This document shows, one piece after another, positions 39,043 through 48,160 of a stretch of DNA of 64,000 nt. Made by a program: the position numbers and the translations under genes. The DNA comes from an uncultured Bacilli bacterium (lineage in GTDB: Bacteria; Bacillota_I; Bacilli_A; RF39; UBA660): the NCBI GenBank assembly GCA_947631155.1, contig CANRKG010000005.1, positions 629 to 64,628 on the forward strand. The letters are read 5' to 3'. Below the pieces are notes generated by a model. It did no database searches. It was not told the DNA's origin and saw only the letters and a list, made by a program, of their open reading frames with translations. The first letter of the stretch is position 1. Each line of letters begins with the position of its first letter.

Positions 39043-39804
39043 ATGAAGAGAATTAAGTATAAAAAACAATTAGTAATTTTATCTATTGTAATAATATTAT
39101 GTCTAATTTCTATTATAATTTTTAAACCCTATTATAAATCTAAAGATAGAGTGAGAAAAATAAAAAACTTTAATGAAAGTAAAGAAAATATAAAGCCACT
39201 TGGATGGTTAAGAGTTCAAGGAACTAATATTGATTTTCCAATTATGTATTACTATGATGTTGAAGATGTTGGAGATCCTACTTATGATTTAGGTTGGAGT
39301 TTTGATAATAATAGAAAATTAGCTAATAGAACAGTTATTTTATCGCATAATATGAGAAATGTTTCAAGTAAGCCTTTAATAGGAGATAAAGAACATGCGA
39401 GATTTGAGCAATTAATGGGATATATATATTATGACTTTGTAAAAGAAAATAAATATATTCAATATACAATAGATGGAAAAAATTATCTATTTAAAATATA
39501 TGGAGTATCTCTTCAAAAAGAAAAAGATATCGATTTAGAAAATCTAGACAAAGATGAGCTAGAAGATTATATAAAATATACTAAAGAACAGAGTTACTTT
39601 AAATTTGATATTAATGTTAATAAGAATGATAAATTAATAACATTAATTACATGTACAAGATTCTTTGGTAATAATGATTACTCATTTGTAGTGGATGCTA
39701 GGAAAGTGAGAAAAACTGAATTAATTAAGAATTATAAAGTGACAGAAAACGATAGTTATAACAAAATTAAAAAAATGTTGGAAGGAGATGATAAAAATGA
39801 ATAA
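39043..39804 (+). CDS. Sortase family transpeptidase (class B-like)
   Basis: N-terminal TM segment, LGWLRVQGTNIDFPIMY, His in VILSHNM, catalytic TLITC motif and downstream Arg (VVDARKV). Confidence 0.8.
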   Translation: MKRIKYKKQLVILSIVIILCLISIIIFKPYYKSKDRVRKIKNFNESKENIKPLGWLRVQGTNIDFPIMYYYDVEDVGDPTYDLGWSFDNNRKLANRTVILSHNMRNVSSKPLIGDKEHARFEQLMGYIYYDFVKENKYIQYTIDGKNYLFKIYGVSLQKEKDIDLENLDKDELEDYIKYTKEQSYFKFDINVNKNDKLITLITCTRFFGNNDYSFVVDARKVRKTELIKNYKVTENDSYNKIKKMLEGDDKNE

Positions 39805-42800
39805 AAAATGGGGTAAAAAATTATTGCTAGTATTATTAATTATAAGTGTAATTTACTTTCCTAATGATATCCAGGCAAAGAAAAATAAATGCACAGTGGA
39901 TCCTGAGGATTTCTTTGATGTTAGCAAATATAGTACAAACCCATTAACAGGTTATAGCAACGGACATTATATATATGGCATCAATGCTAGAACAATTAAA
40001 ATTACAGTTAGTAAACCTAAAAGATATCAGGTATTTATCTATAAAGGAGCAATTGATACAGTGTCTGGTGCTGAACACTTGGCTGGACTTAGCCAAGGTG
40101 ATTTAAATAAAATGTATGGTAAAGGAAAAATCTCAAAAACGAAAATAGAAGTTGGAGATTTAGAAAAGGATTATACAATTAAAGTAGAACCTGGTACTGA
40201 GGCTTTAGTAGTAGTTGTATATAAAGGAGATAAAGATACTAAAGCAACACAATCTGACAAATGTAACAATACAACAGGAAAAAGTAAAGACGGTTGTTGT
40301 ATTGGATATTTTAAACAAAATGGTGAGGATGATGAAATTTATGGAACGGGTGCTAGTACATTTGTTGAAAATCCAACTGATAATTTTTTAGTTCCGAATT
40401 TACGTGCTGTAGGTGCTAGTACTTCAGGGGTTAGTAATGCATGTACTAATGCTTATAATGGGATATTCCAACCTGTTAATAAAGAATATGAAAAAGATGC
40501 AGAAAATTTTACTATTAAAAACTGGAGCGGAGATTTAAATACATGGAGAAATGAATATTTTAATAAAATGTTTCCTTATTGTACCACTCCTTCTGTTGCA
40601 TTTAACTTAAGTGATCATAATATTAAAATTATTGCTAATAAATTGTTACGTATGTTTAAATACATTTCACAATTACAAAGCGTTGGTTCGGCTGGTTATG
40701 ATAGTATAAATGCTGAAATTAATAGGATAAAAGATGATTTAGAAAATAGACATCTTTCAAATAATTATTATATAAAAGATAATGGAACTTCTATTGGTAA
40801 CTCTAATATTTTAAATTCTTCTTTACAATGTAATTATAGTGATCTTGTATATAATAAAACAGAAAAAAAAGTAGAATATAAAGATGGTTCAGGAGAGTCT
40901 GATTATTTGTATGCTGAAAAAGGTAGTATTAGTGTTGATATAAAAACACTTTCATCAAAAAAACGCACATATAAAGTTTGTGATACAGCATGTTATGAAC
41001 ATTTAAAAGTGGTTTATAGTCCACCACAAGTTGTTAAAGCTGGATTATGTTTCCAATATAAAGTAACAATCAAGAGTGTAACTGATTGTGGAGCTGATTT
41101 TAATGAAGGATTAAAAGATATATTATCTAAACCTCCAGGTGATCCTAACGGTATGTATCCTGAAATGTGTTCAGCAACACCTATCTGTGATGGTAATGAA
41201 ACTAAAGTTTCAGCAGGACCATCTAAAGATTTTGATGATTGTGTATCTACTTGCGACGGAGGTGAATATACACAATCTTGTATAAATAAATGCTATAAAA
41301 AAGTTTATGGTAATACTTCTAAAAAATCTTCTAGTGACAATAAAATTCAAAAAAGTAGTAATGAAAATAAAACAGATAATATTAAAGAAGTGAATCCATC
41401 ATTTATGATACAAAATAATAATAATAACAGTAATTTAATTAACATTGCAAATATTAGTAAATTAAAAAGTGATGATGATTTTACAGAATATTTTGATGGA
41501 AATAAATTACCTGGAGAATATAAAAATATATGTGGTTCTAACAAAAACATAAGAGACCATATTGATGATTGCGCAGAATATTTCTTTACAGCAAAATCAG
41601 TTAAGCCATATGGACATTATAGCTGTAATAATAATGGACATTGTTCTTGGAATCAAACTGCTACAGCTACAAATTGTAATTCTAGTTATTATGGTTGTGA
41701 AATTGCTCGAGTAGCAACTTATTATGCTAGAGATTTGGAGTCTACTAAAATGTTAATCAAAAGGTTAATAGGAGGATCTTTAGCAGGTTTAAGTAGTGAA
41801 GATAGACGATATATAGTGAATAATAATGGAATATTAGTTCAACGAAAAAATTCTGGCTGGTATTGTCAAATGTCTTGTTCACATCATGGTTGTACTAATG
41901 ATAAGGCATTAACTAGTGGTGATTATACAGATTTAATGAATGAAAATTTAAAAGCAATAAATCAAGCTCTTCGTGATTGTAATGAATTAGTAGTAGGTAA
42001 TAATAATGATCCATGTGAGCCTTCTAACGGAGTAAAAACTTCTACCTTTGACATAAATATAAAGACTAATACTAAACGTGGTAGTGATGAACCTGGAACA
42101 AAAACTGGTAGTAATAAATTACATTCTTCTCTTGTTGATCCACCTGAACCTAATTGTCCTGATGACAAAATGTTTGTTAAAGCGGATAAAAACGATTCTT
42201 CTTCATCACTAAATGGTATTTTTGGAACTTGTTATAATGAAGTAGGTCAAGATGATAATGGTAATAGAGTTCATTATCAAACTACGATTACTTTCCCAGG
42301 ATCATGGATTGATTTAAAAACAGGTGAAGTTTTCTATGATTGTAAAGAGGAAGGTTATAAGAATAAAGTTCAATATTACTGTACACCATTTGATTCATTT
42401 AATGTAAATACTAATTGGTGGAACTGGGCTGTTAATAATGAGTATAATGGTTCTGCACCAGCACCAGATGATTGGAATATAGAAGCACATTTAGGATTCG
42501 TAAATGAAAGAAATGAAGATGTTGGTTTTGGTAAATATAAATGGCATATTGGTTTCCAATGTTTCTATTCTCAATTGGATGAAATAATAGGATCACCACT
42601 ACCACCACCAGATGGTCCATCATGTTATCGTGGTAAAGAAGGAACTTCAGAAGAATGTCCTGATGATTCTGATAAGAAGGGTACATCCACAAAAGTAAAT
42701 TATGATATTAGAATAGTTGATTTAGAAAATTTATTTCCTAATAACAGATTACGTGGATTTAACTGGGGTGATGCTGCTCAATTAAAATCTACTGATCCAC

Positions 42801-43132
42801 AAATTCAAACAGCTTTAAAAACTACAGGCTATGGTGTTTCTCCAGTAGATTATTCACATATTGTTCAAGGATTAGATTCATATGGTGGTGAAGGTGGAGA
42901 AAAAATCTATGATAAAGATTATGATTTAAGAGTAGTATTAAATGCAGATAATGTTGCTAACATAAAAAATGAAAAAATAGATGACTTTAGTGGAAACTAT
43001 ACAGCAGTAAATAATATTCCAGGACTTTATTATTATAGAATGCCAGATACGTTCTTAAGTTTAGTTAGCTCATATGATATAAATTGGGAACGAGGAAAAA
43101 ATAGTAAAATGGCTATTAAAGTTACAAAGTAG
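39797..43132 (+). CDS. Large secreted cysteine-rich protein (~1,110 aa), unknown function
   Basis: Sec-type signal peptide (KKLLLVLLIISVIYFPNDIQA|KK). About 35 Cys by my count, many in CxxxC or CxnC clusters. Internal poly-N/S linker. No LPXTG, lipobox or C-terminal TM segment. Confidence 0.7.
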   Translation: MNKKWGKKLLLVLLIISVIYFPNDIQAKKNKCTVDPEDFFDVSKYSTNPLTGYSNGHYIYGINARTIKITVSKPKRYQVFIYKGAIDTVSGAEHLAGLSQGDLNKMYGKGKISKTKIEVGDLEKDYTIKVEPGTEALVVVVYKGDKDTKATQSDKCNNTTGKSKDGCCIGYFKQNGEDDEIYGTGASTFVENPTDNFLVPNLRAVGASTSGVSNACTNAYNGIFQPVNKEYEKDAENFTIKNWSGDLNTWRNEYFNKMFPYCTTPSVAFNLSDHNIKIIANKLLRMFKYISQLQSVGSAGYDSINAEINRIKDDLENRHLSNNYYIKDNGTSIGNSNILNSSLQCNYSDLVYNKTEKKVEYKDGSGESDYLYAEKGSISVDIKTLSSKKRTYKVCDTACYEHLKVVYSPPQVVKAGLCFQYKVTIKSVTDCGADFNEGLKDILSKPPGDPNGMYPEMCSATPICDGNETKVSAGPSKDFDDCVSTCDGGEYTQSCINKCYKKVYGNTSKKSSSDNKIQKSSNENKTDNIKEVNPSFMIQNNNNNSNLINIANISKLKSDDDFTEYFDGNKLPGEYKNICGSNKNIRDHIDDCAEYFFTAKSVKPYGHYSCNNNGHCSWNQTATATNCNSSYYGCEIARVATYYARDLESTKMLIKRLIGGSLAGLSSEDRRYIVNNNGILVQRKNSGWYCQMSCSHHGCTNDKALTSGDYTDLMNENLKAINQALRDCNELVVGNNNDPCEPSNGVKTSTFDINIKTNTKRGSDEPGTKTGSNKLHSSLVDPPEPNCPDDKMFVKADKNDSSSSLNGIFGTCYNEVGQDDNGNRVHYQTTITFPGSWIDLKTGEVFYDCKEEGYKNKVQYYCTPFDSFNVNTNWWNWAVNNEYNGSAPAPDDWNIEAHLGFVNERNEDVGFGKYKWHIGFQCFYSQLDEIIGSPLPPPDGPSCYRGKEGTSEECPDDSDKKGTSTKVNYDIRIVDLENLFPNNRLRGFNWGDAAQLKSTDPQIQTALKTTGYGVSPVDYSHIVQGLDSYGGEGGEKIYDKDYDLRVVLNADNVANIKNEKIDDFSGNYTAVNNIPGLYYYRMPDTFLSLVSSYDINWERGKNSKMAIKVTK

Positions 43133-43143
43133 GTGATGAATAA

Positions 43144-43587
43144 ATGAATAAAGCTATGTTAACAGTAGGAATTATTTTATTAAGTATAATTGCCTTAGGA
43201 GTTATAAATGTAATTCAAAATTATACAACAGGTCAAGAATTAGATTATTATTTGTTAAAAGAAACTACAGAAGCAGCTATGGAAGATGCAGTGGATTTAA
43301 GTTATTATACTGAACAATCAACTATTAGAATGGATAAAGAAAAATTCGCTGAAAGTTTTATTAAAAGATTTGCTAGAAGTGTTGATGATCGTAGAAGCTA
43401 TCAAATTAGCTTCTATGATGTCAATGAAATTCCACCAAAAGCCAGTGTGGAAGTAAAATCTGCTACTAGTTATACTTTTAAGTCATCTGCTGTTGATATT
43501 ACAACAAGATTAGATATGATTGTTGAAAATAATAATAAAAAGGATCCATTAGCTTATAAACTTGCCAGTACTATAAAAGCTAGTTAA
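43144..43587 (+). CDS. N-terminally anchored small protein, TadE/pseudopilin-like (tentative)
   Basis: Short charged leader plus hydrophobic helix (MNKAMLTVGIILLSIIALGVINV), then a beta-rich domain of about 120 aa. Located directly upstream of the CpaB-like gene. Confidence 0.45.
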   Translation: MNKAMLTVGIILLSIIALGVINVIQNYTTGQELDYYLLKETTEAAMEDAVDLSYYTEQSTIRMDKEKFAESFIKRFARSVDDRRSYQISFYDVNEIPPKASVEVKSATSYTFKSSAVDITTRLDMIVENNNKKDPLAYKLASTIKAS

Positions 43588-43607
43588 ATACATGAAAGGA
43601 GAATAAA

Positions 43608-44411
43608 ATGGGTAATTTAAGTGTTGGTATTAAAAAATTTCTTTCTAATAAAAATACAGTTACAATTTTAGGTGTTGTTGCTGCTGTATTTGTATTATAT
43701 TTTGGATATAATTCTAAAGTAAATAAAGCTATTACACCGATTAAAGTTCCTTACGCTAAAGAAACTATTTCTCCAGGAGAACAAATTACTGATGATATGA
43801 TAGGAGAAAAAAATGTTTCTAGTGAAACTGTAAATGATGGTAGTGCTTATATAAATAAAAGTGAAGTTTTAGATAAATATTCAAATGCAGATACAGTTAT
43901 TCCTAAAGGAAGCTTATTTTATAAAAGAGCAGTTGTAACTAAAGAGCAATTACCTGATAAGATAATATATGATTATCCTAATGGTTATGTATTATTTAAT
44001 TTATCAGTTGATATAAATTCAACATACGGTAATTCAATTTATCCAGGAAATTATATTGATATTTACTTAAAAGCAATGAATGCTGTTGAAGAAGGACAAG
44101 AAATAACAACAACTGATAAAATTATGGTTGGTAAATTATTAGAAAATGTTGAAGTATTAGCAGTTTTGGATAGTAATGGTAATAATGTATTTGCTAATCT
44201 TGATGAAAAAGGTTCTCCTAGTATGATTATATTTGCGGTTCCTTCAGAGTATTATATATTATTAAAAAAAGCTGGTTTCTTAAGAGCTTATGATTCTACA
44301 TTAATACCAGTACCAACTGATGAGAGTTTAAAAGATAATCCAGGAGAATTAAAATTAAGTAGTAATGATTTAAAAGACTTTATTAATAGAGTAACAGAAT
44401 GGACAGAATAG
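43608..44411 (+). CDS. CpaB/RcpC-like Flp pilus assembly protein (SAF domain)
   Basis: TM anchor, SAF-like ITPIKVPYAKETISPGEQITDDMI, then GYVLFNLSVDINSTYGNSIYPGNYIDIYL and LLENVEVLAVLD, matching the CpaB pattern. Confidence 0.65.
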   Translation: MGNLSVGIKKFLSNKNTVTILGVVAAVFVLYFGYNSKVNKAITPIKVPYAKETISPGEQITDDMIGEKNVSSETVNDGSAYINKSEVLDKYSNADTVIPKGSLFYKRAVVTKEQLPDKIIYDYPNGYVLFNLSVDINSTYGNSIYPGNYIDIYLKAMNAVEEGQEITTTDKIMVGKLLENVEVLAVLDSNGNNVFANLDEKGSPSMIIFAVPSEYYILLKKAGFLRAYDSTLIPVPTDESLKDNPGELKLSSNDLKDFINRVTEWTE

Positions 44412-44439
44412 AATAAAAAGGAAGGTAGTGGGTTATTAG

Positions 44440-45753
44440 ATGAATGAAAATGTTTTTGATAAACTTGACTTTGGCCCTTTAAAGCCACTTCTTGATAATG
44501 ACGATATCACAGATATTTCATTTTGTAATGGTGGTCAAATTTGGATTCGTTCGTTAACCCAAGGATCTCAGAGAGTTGAAATTCAAGGATTAACTCCTGA
44601 GTTTATGGAAAAGTTAGCATTTCAATGTTCTAACGTTATGGGAACAACCTTTAATAATGCCAAACCTTTCTTAGATGCTGAATCCGCAGAATTACGTTTC
44701 AATTTTGTTCATCAATCGATAGCTACTAATGGGATTGCATGTGTTATTCGTAAAACTCCAGCAAAAATTAGATTAGAGAAAAATAAACTTCTAAAAGAAG
44801 ATTACTTTACAGCAGATATACATGATATTTTAATTAAATGTGTTGAAGGTCATTGCAATATAATAGTGGCTGGGGAAACTGGTTCTGGTAAAACAGAGTT
44901 TGTAAAATATTTAGCAAGTCATACTAAACAGGATGAAAAGATTATTACAATTGAAGATACACTGGAGCTTCATTTGGATAGGATTTTTCCACAGCGTGAT
45001 ATTGTGGCTATGAAAACTAATAATGTAGCTAGTTACTCAGATGTTTTGGTAACTTGTATGAGACAAAATCCAAAATGGATATTGTTGTCAGAAGTCCGTA
45101 GTGCTGAAGCAGTTAGTGCGGTTCGTAACTCAATTTCTTCAGGACACAATATTTTATCAACAATACATGCTGATAAAGCTAGCGCTATTCCATATCGTTT
45201 ATATAGTTTGATGGAAACTGATTTAGATGTTAATCAATTTTTATCTACAATTTATAGATATATTCAATTAGGTGTTCATATTAAAGCTTATTATAGTAAA
45301 GAATATGGTAAATTTCATCGTGAAGTAGATGAAGTTGTTGAATTTTACGTTGATGATGATAATGTTCCACAATCTCATACAATATATAGAAAAGTATATG
45401 GTAAACCACCTATGCAAAATAAACCTAGTGCACATTTAATAGAGTATTTAGAAAATCAAAATATTGATATAAATGCAATAACAGCTAATATGAAAGAAGG
45501 CGAACAACCTCCTAATCAAGCTTCAGCAACAAATATACCACAAGCTAATAATGTTGCAGTAGCAACCGTTCAAGCTGTAGCAAAACCAGTTCAAGCAGTT
45601 ACAAATGTTAGTGCAGTGCCAGTACAATCTGTTAATGTAAATACTGTTCAAGTACCTCCTGCGCAACAACCTAATGTGGCCAATGTTGGACAAGCTGTAC
45701 CAAATAATTTGGCAAATATCATGCCACCACCAATAAATAAAACTAATCAATAA
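44440..45753 (+). CDS. TadA/CpaF-type secretion ATPase (T2SS-E/VirB11 superfamily) with low-complexity C-terminal tail
   Basis: Walker A GETGSGKTE, Asp box ITIEDTLEL, Walker B WILLSEVRSAEA and His box SGHNILSTIHA. It is followed by two T2SS-F-like genes. Confidence 0.85.
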   Translation: MNENVFDKLDFGPLKPLLDNDDITDISFCNGGQIWIRSLTQGSQRVEIQGLTPEFMEKLAFQCSNVMGTTFNNAKPFLDAESAELRFNFVHQSIATNGIACVIRKTPAKIRLEKNKLLKEDYFTADIHDILIKCVEGHCNIIVAGETGSGKTEFVKYLASHTKQDEKIITIEDTLELHLDRIFPQRDIVAMKTNNVASYSDVLVTCMRQNPKWILLSEVRSAEAVSAVRNSISSGHNILSTIHADKASAIPYRLYSLMETDLDVNQFLSTIYRYIQLGVHIKAYYSKEYGKFHREVDEVVEFYVDDDNVPQSHTIYRKVYGKPPMQNKPSAHLIEYLENQNIDINAITANMKEGEQPPNQASATNIPQANNVAVATVQAVAKPVQAVTNVSAVPVQSVNVNTVQVPPAQQPNVANVGQAVPNNLANIMPPPINKTNQ

Positions 45754-45768
45754 AAGGGGTGAAATTAC

Positions 45769-46662
45769 ATGGAACTAATTTTATTATTACTTATAGCAGT
45801 AGTAGTAATGTTATATAGAGGCTACGAAGGTAAAGACGTAGGTAAATTTATTACTAGTCATATTGGTACTGTGTATGAAAAATTTGCCCCTTTTTCTTTC
45901 AAAGTAGTTCGCGAAAAAACTAAGCAATTAGGAAAAGAATACACTGTTAGACAATATTCAATACAGATTGTATTATTTTCTACTTTTGCAGGAGTAATTA
46001 CATATTTATATTTTTATAATATTTTAATTAGTATTGTGTATATAGTAGCGGTAATTATGGTTATTCCATATTTATCATATTTAAGGTGTAAAAGAGTATA
46101 TAGTGAATTTCTTTTTGAACAAATACAAGTATATACATCTAATACTATTATGGAATTTGCAACAACACAATCATTTGTAAAAGCAATTGAAGGAGTTAGA
46201 GACTCAGGTGTTTTAGAAGATCCAGTAAAAACAGATGTAGAGCATATGATAGAATTAGCTTATCAAAATGGTAGTATTGAAGAATCCTTAAAGTACATGA
46301 GTAATTTATATCCATATTATATAGTTAAAAATATGCATCAATTGTTTTTACAAATCACTAAAGAAGGTGCGAGAAATTCTGCTGATAGTTTGGAGAACAT
46401 GCAACAAGATATAGATATGTTAGTTGAAAGCGTTTACCGTGATAGACAAGATAGAGCAACTTTCCATAAGCAGTTTTTACAATTTGGAATCATGCTATAT
46501 TTCATGCTTATGTTAACTCAATATCTATTAGGACGTGAATCATATCTATTATTACTTGAAAAGCCAGTTATCAAAATATTATTACATGGTGCTCTTATTG
46601 TTAATAGTATCTTTCTTTTAAAAGGTGAGAAATATTATAATGAGAATGTAGGTGCTGAATAA
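45769..46662 (+). CDS. TadB-like (T2SS-F domain) inner-membrane platform protein
   Basis: TM-cytoplasmic helical domain-TM layout. Position is directly after the ATPase. Confidence 0.6.
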   Translation: MELILLLLIAVVVMLYRGYEGKDVGKFITSHIGTVYEKFAPFSFKVVREKTKQLGKEYTVRQYSIQIVLFSTFAGVITYLYFYNILISIVYIVAVIMVIPYLSYLRCKRVYSEFLFEQIQVYTSNTIMEFATTQSFVKAIEGVRDSGVLEDPVKTDVEHMIELAYQNGSIEESLKYMSNLYPYYIVKNMHQLFLQITKEGARNSADSLENMQQDIDMLVESVYRDRQDRATFHKQFLQFGIMLYFMLMLTQYLLGRESYLLLLEKPVIKILLHGALIVNSIFLLKGEKYYNENVGAE

Positions 46663-47444
46663 TGGATATAATTTTAGTTTGTGCAATTTTAATATTTATA
46701 TTATTTTATAATAAAACTGTTGACGGCAAAAAATTCTTAATCGATAATGAAAAATATTTTCAAGCTTTAAGAGAAGAAGATTATGATTTCTTATTATATG
46801 CTAAATATGGTGAGGAAGCAGAACCAGATCTTTTATTCCGAAAAAGAATAACAACCGCTTTAATTTTTGGCTTTATCTTTTTAATAATTTTTTTAAATGA
46901 AATATCTTTAATTAATATTGTGTTAGCATTAATTGTTATGTTTGGGGTTTTTAAATTTCCTTATTTACAATTGAAACAATATTATAAAGCACATTTACAT
47001 GAAATTGACATTATGTTGCCATACTATTTAAAAAGTTTAGAAATTTTAATTCAACATTATACAGTTCCAGTAGCAATTGGTAAATCAATTGATGATGCAC
47101 CGGAAATATTTAAACCAGGTTTACGACAAATTGTTGAAAGAGTTAATTCAGGTGATTCAAGTATTGATCCATATATGGAATTTTCTAACACTTATCCTGT
47201 TAGAGATTCAATGCGAATGATGAGATTACTATATCGTTTAGGAATTGGATCCCAAGAGAATAAACAAGAACGTTTAATGATGTTTTCAAGAACAGTTTCT
47301 AATTTACAAAATAAAGCCCGTGAAATTAAATATAAAGAACGTTTAGGACATATGGAAAGTCAAACTATGATTATGTTAGTTGTAACAGGTGTTGCAGTTA
47401 TGTTGATTATTCTAGTGTCAATGATGGGAATGTTTAATGTATAA
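46662..47444 (+). CDS. TadC-like (T2SS-F domain) inner-membrane platform protein
   Basis: LPYYLKSLEILIQHYTVPVAIGKSIDDAPEIFKPGLRQIVERVNSGDS fits the GspF/TadC repeat pattern. 1-nt overlap with the upstream gene. Confidence 0.65.
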   Translation: MDIILVCAILIFILFYNKTVDGKKFLIDNEKYFQALREEDYDFLLYAKYGEEAEPDLLFRKRITTALIFGFIFLIIFLNEISLINIVLALIVMFGVFKFPYLQLKQYYKAHLHEIDIMLPYYLKSLEILIQHYTVPVAIGKSIDDAPEIFKPGLRQIVERVNSGDSSIDPYMEFSNTYPVRDSMRMMRLLYRLGIGSQENKQERLMMFSRTVSNLQNKAREIKYKERLGHMESQTMIMLVVTGVAVMLIILVSMMGMFNV

Positions 47445-47468
47445 AATTAATTAAATTAACAATATATA

Positions 47469-47496
47469 TTGTAAATTTAAAAAAATTTGGTATAAT
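47469..47496 (+). promoter_or_regulatory. Internal sigma-A-like promoter ahead of the Flp-like pilin ORF
   Basis: TTGTAA, 16-nt spacer, extended -10 TGGTATAAT. Confidence 0.55.
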
Positions 47497-47532
47497 AATT
47501 ATGTAAGATAAGAAAGGATGTGTATTTAATAT

Positions 47533-47700
47533 ATGAAAGCAGCTACAGGTGAATTAAACTTAACAGTTATTACTTTAATTGCTATTGCAGCCATTGTAGG
47601 ATTCTTTTGGTTTATGTGGAATGGTAACGGAGATAGTAGTATTCAAAATAGTATTAGTAAACAATGGGAAACGATAAGTGATGATAGTAACGTTAACTAA
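47533..47700 (+). CDS. Flp-like small pilin candidate (55 aa), absent from the supplied ORF track
   Basis: My translation: MKAATGELNLTVITLIAIAAIVGFFWFMWNGNGDSSIQNSISKQWETISDDSNVN. It has a short leader ending in Gly, a hydrophobic helix and a short polar tail. An AAAGGA RBS and its own promoter lie upstream. Confidence 0.6.
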   Translation: MKAATGELNLTVITLIAIAAIVGFFWFMWNGNGDSSIQNSISKQWETISDDSNVN

Positions 47701-47722
47701 AGCAGTTAGGATGTGATTTTCT

Positions 47723-48145
47723 ATGCGTGATGCCTTTGGTGGAATCGTTAATATTACATTTATAGTTGTCTTTATGGTTATTGTAAATGGTTATTTAGCA
47801 TTTGCTGCTAATTATAATAAGGCATTTAAATATAAGAATAAAATTATTAATATTATTGAGCAAAATGAAGGCTATGATGCTAATGCATTAAAAAAAATTG
47901 ATGAATATCGTAGATCGATTGGTTATAGTCTAGATACAAATATTGAAGTTAGCGGAGCTGAATGTGTAAAAGAGGAAGGCTTTTGTTATAAGGAAGAACT
48001 AGTAGATACTTCTGGGCAATTTAGTAAAAAATACTATACTATAACAACAGCTGTTAATATTGATATGCCTATTCTTAGAAATTTTTTACCTAAAGTAAAA
48101 TTATTTCAAGTAAGTGGAACAACAAAGACAATAACTAAACATTAA
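47723..48145 (+). CDS. TadE-like pseudopilin candidate
   Basis: The N-terminus MRDAFGGIVNITFIVVFMVIVNG shares an A-x-G-(x)-[LV]N[LI]T[VF]I pattern with the Flp-like ORF. The C-terminal YYTITTAVNIDMPILRNFLP resembles TadE. Confidence 0.5.
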   Translation: MRDAFGGIVNITFIVVFMVIVNGYLAFAANYNKAFKYKNKIINIIEQNEGYDANALKKIDEYRRSIGYSLDTNIEVSGAECVKEEGFCYKEELVDTSGQFSKKYYTITTAVNIDMPILRNFLPKVKLFQVSGTTKTITKH

Positions 48146-48160
48146 AAAAGAGGTGATACT

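Noticed and set aside
43608-47444. Alternative reading of the ATPase and T2SS-F-like genes as a SpoIIIA feeding-tube operon or a ComG competence operon. Alternative reading of the VirD4-like gene as a type VII (EssC) ATPase.
   Set aside because: SpoIIIA has a characteristic eight-gene set (AA-AH) that is not seen here. ComG operons carry several G/FTLxE pseudopilins directly downstream, which are absent. EssC is much longer, with FHA and three FtsK domains. The CpaB-like and TadZ-like neighbours fit Tad.
47533-47553. Idea that the sortase homologue removes the MKAAT|G leader of the Flp-like ORF (AATG resembles the AxTG of class E LAxTG signals).
   Set aside because: The sortase active site is extracytoplasmic, while a 5-6-aa prepilin leader is expected to stay cytoplasmic. 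The motif match is only 3-4 residues. This is too speculative to report as a finding.
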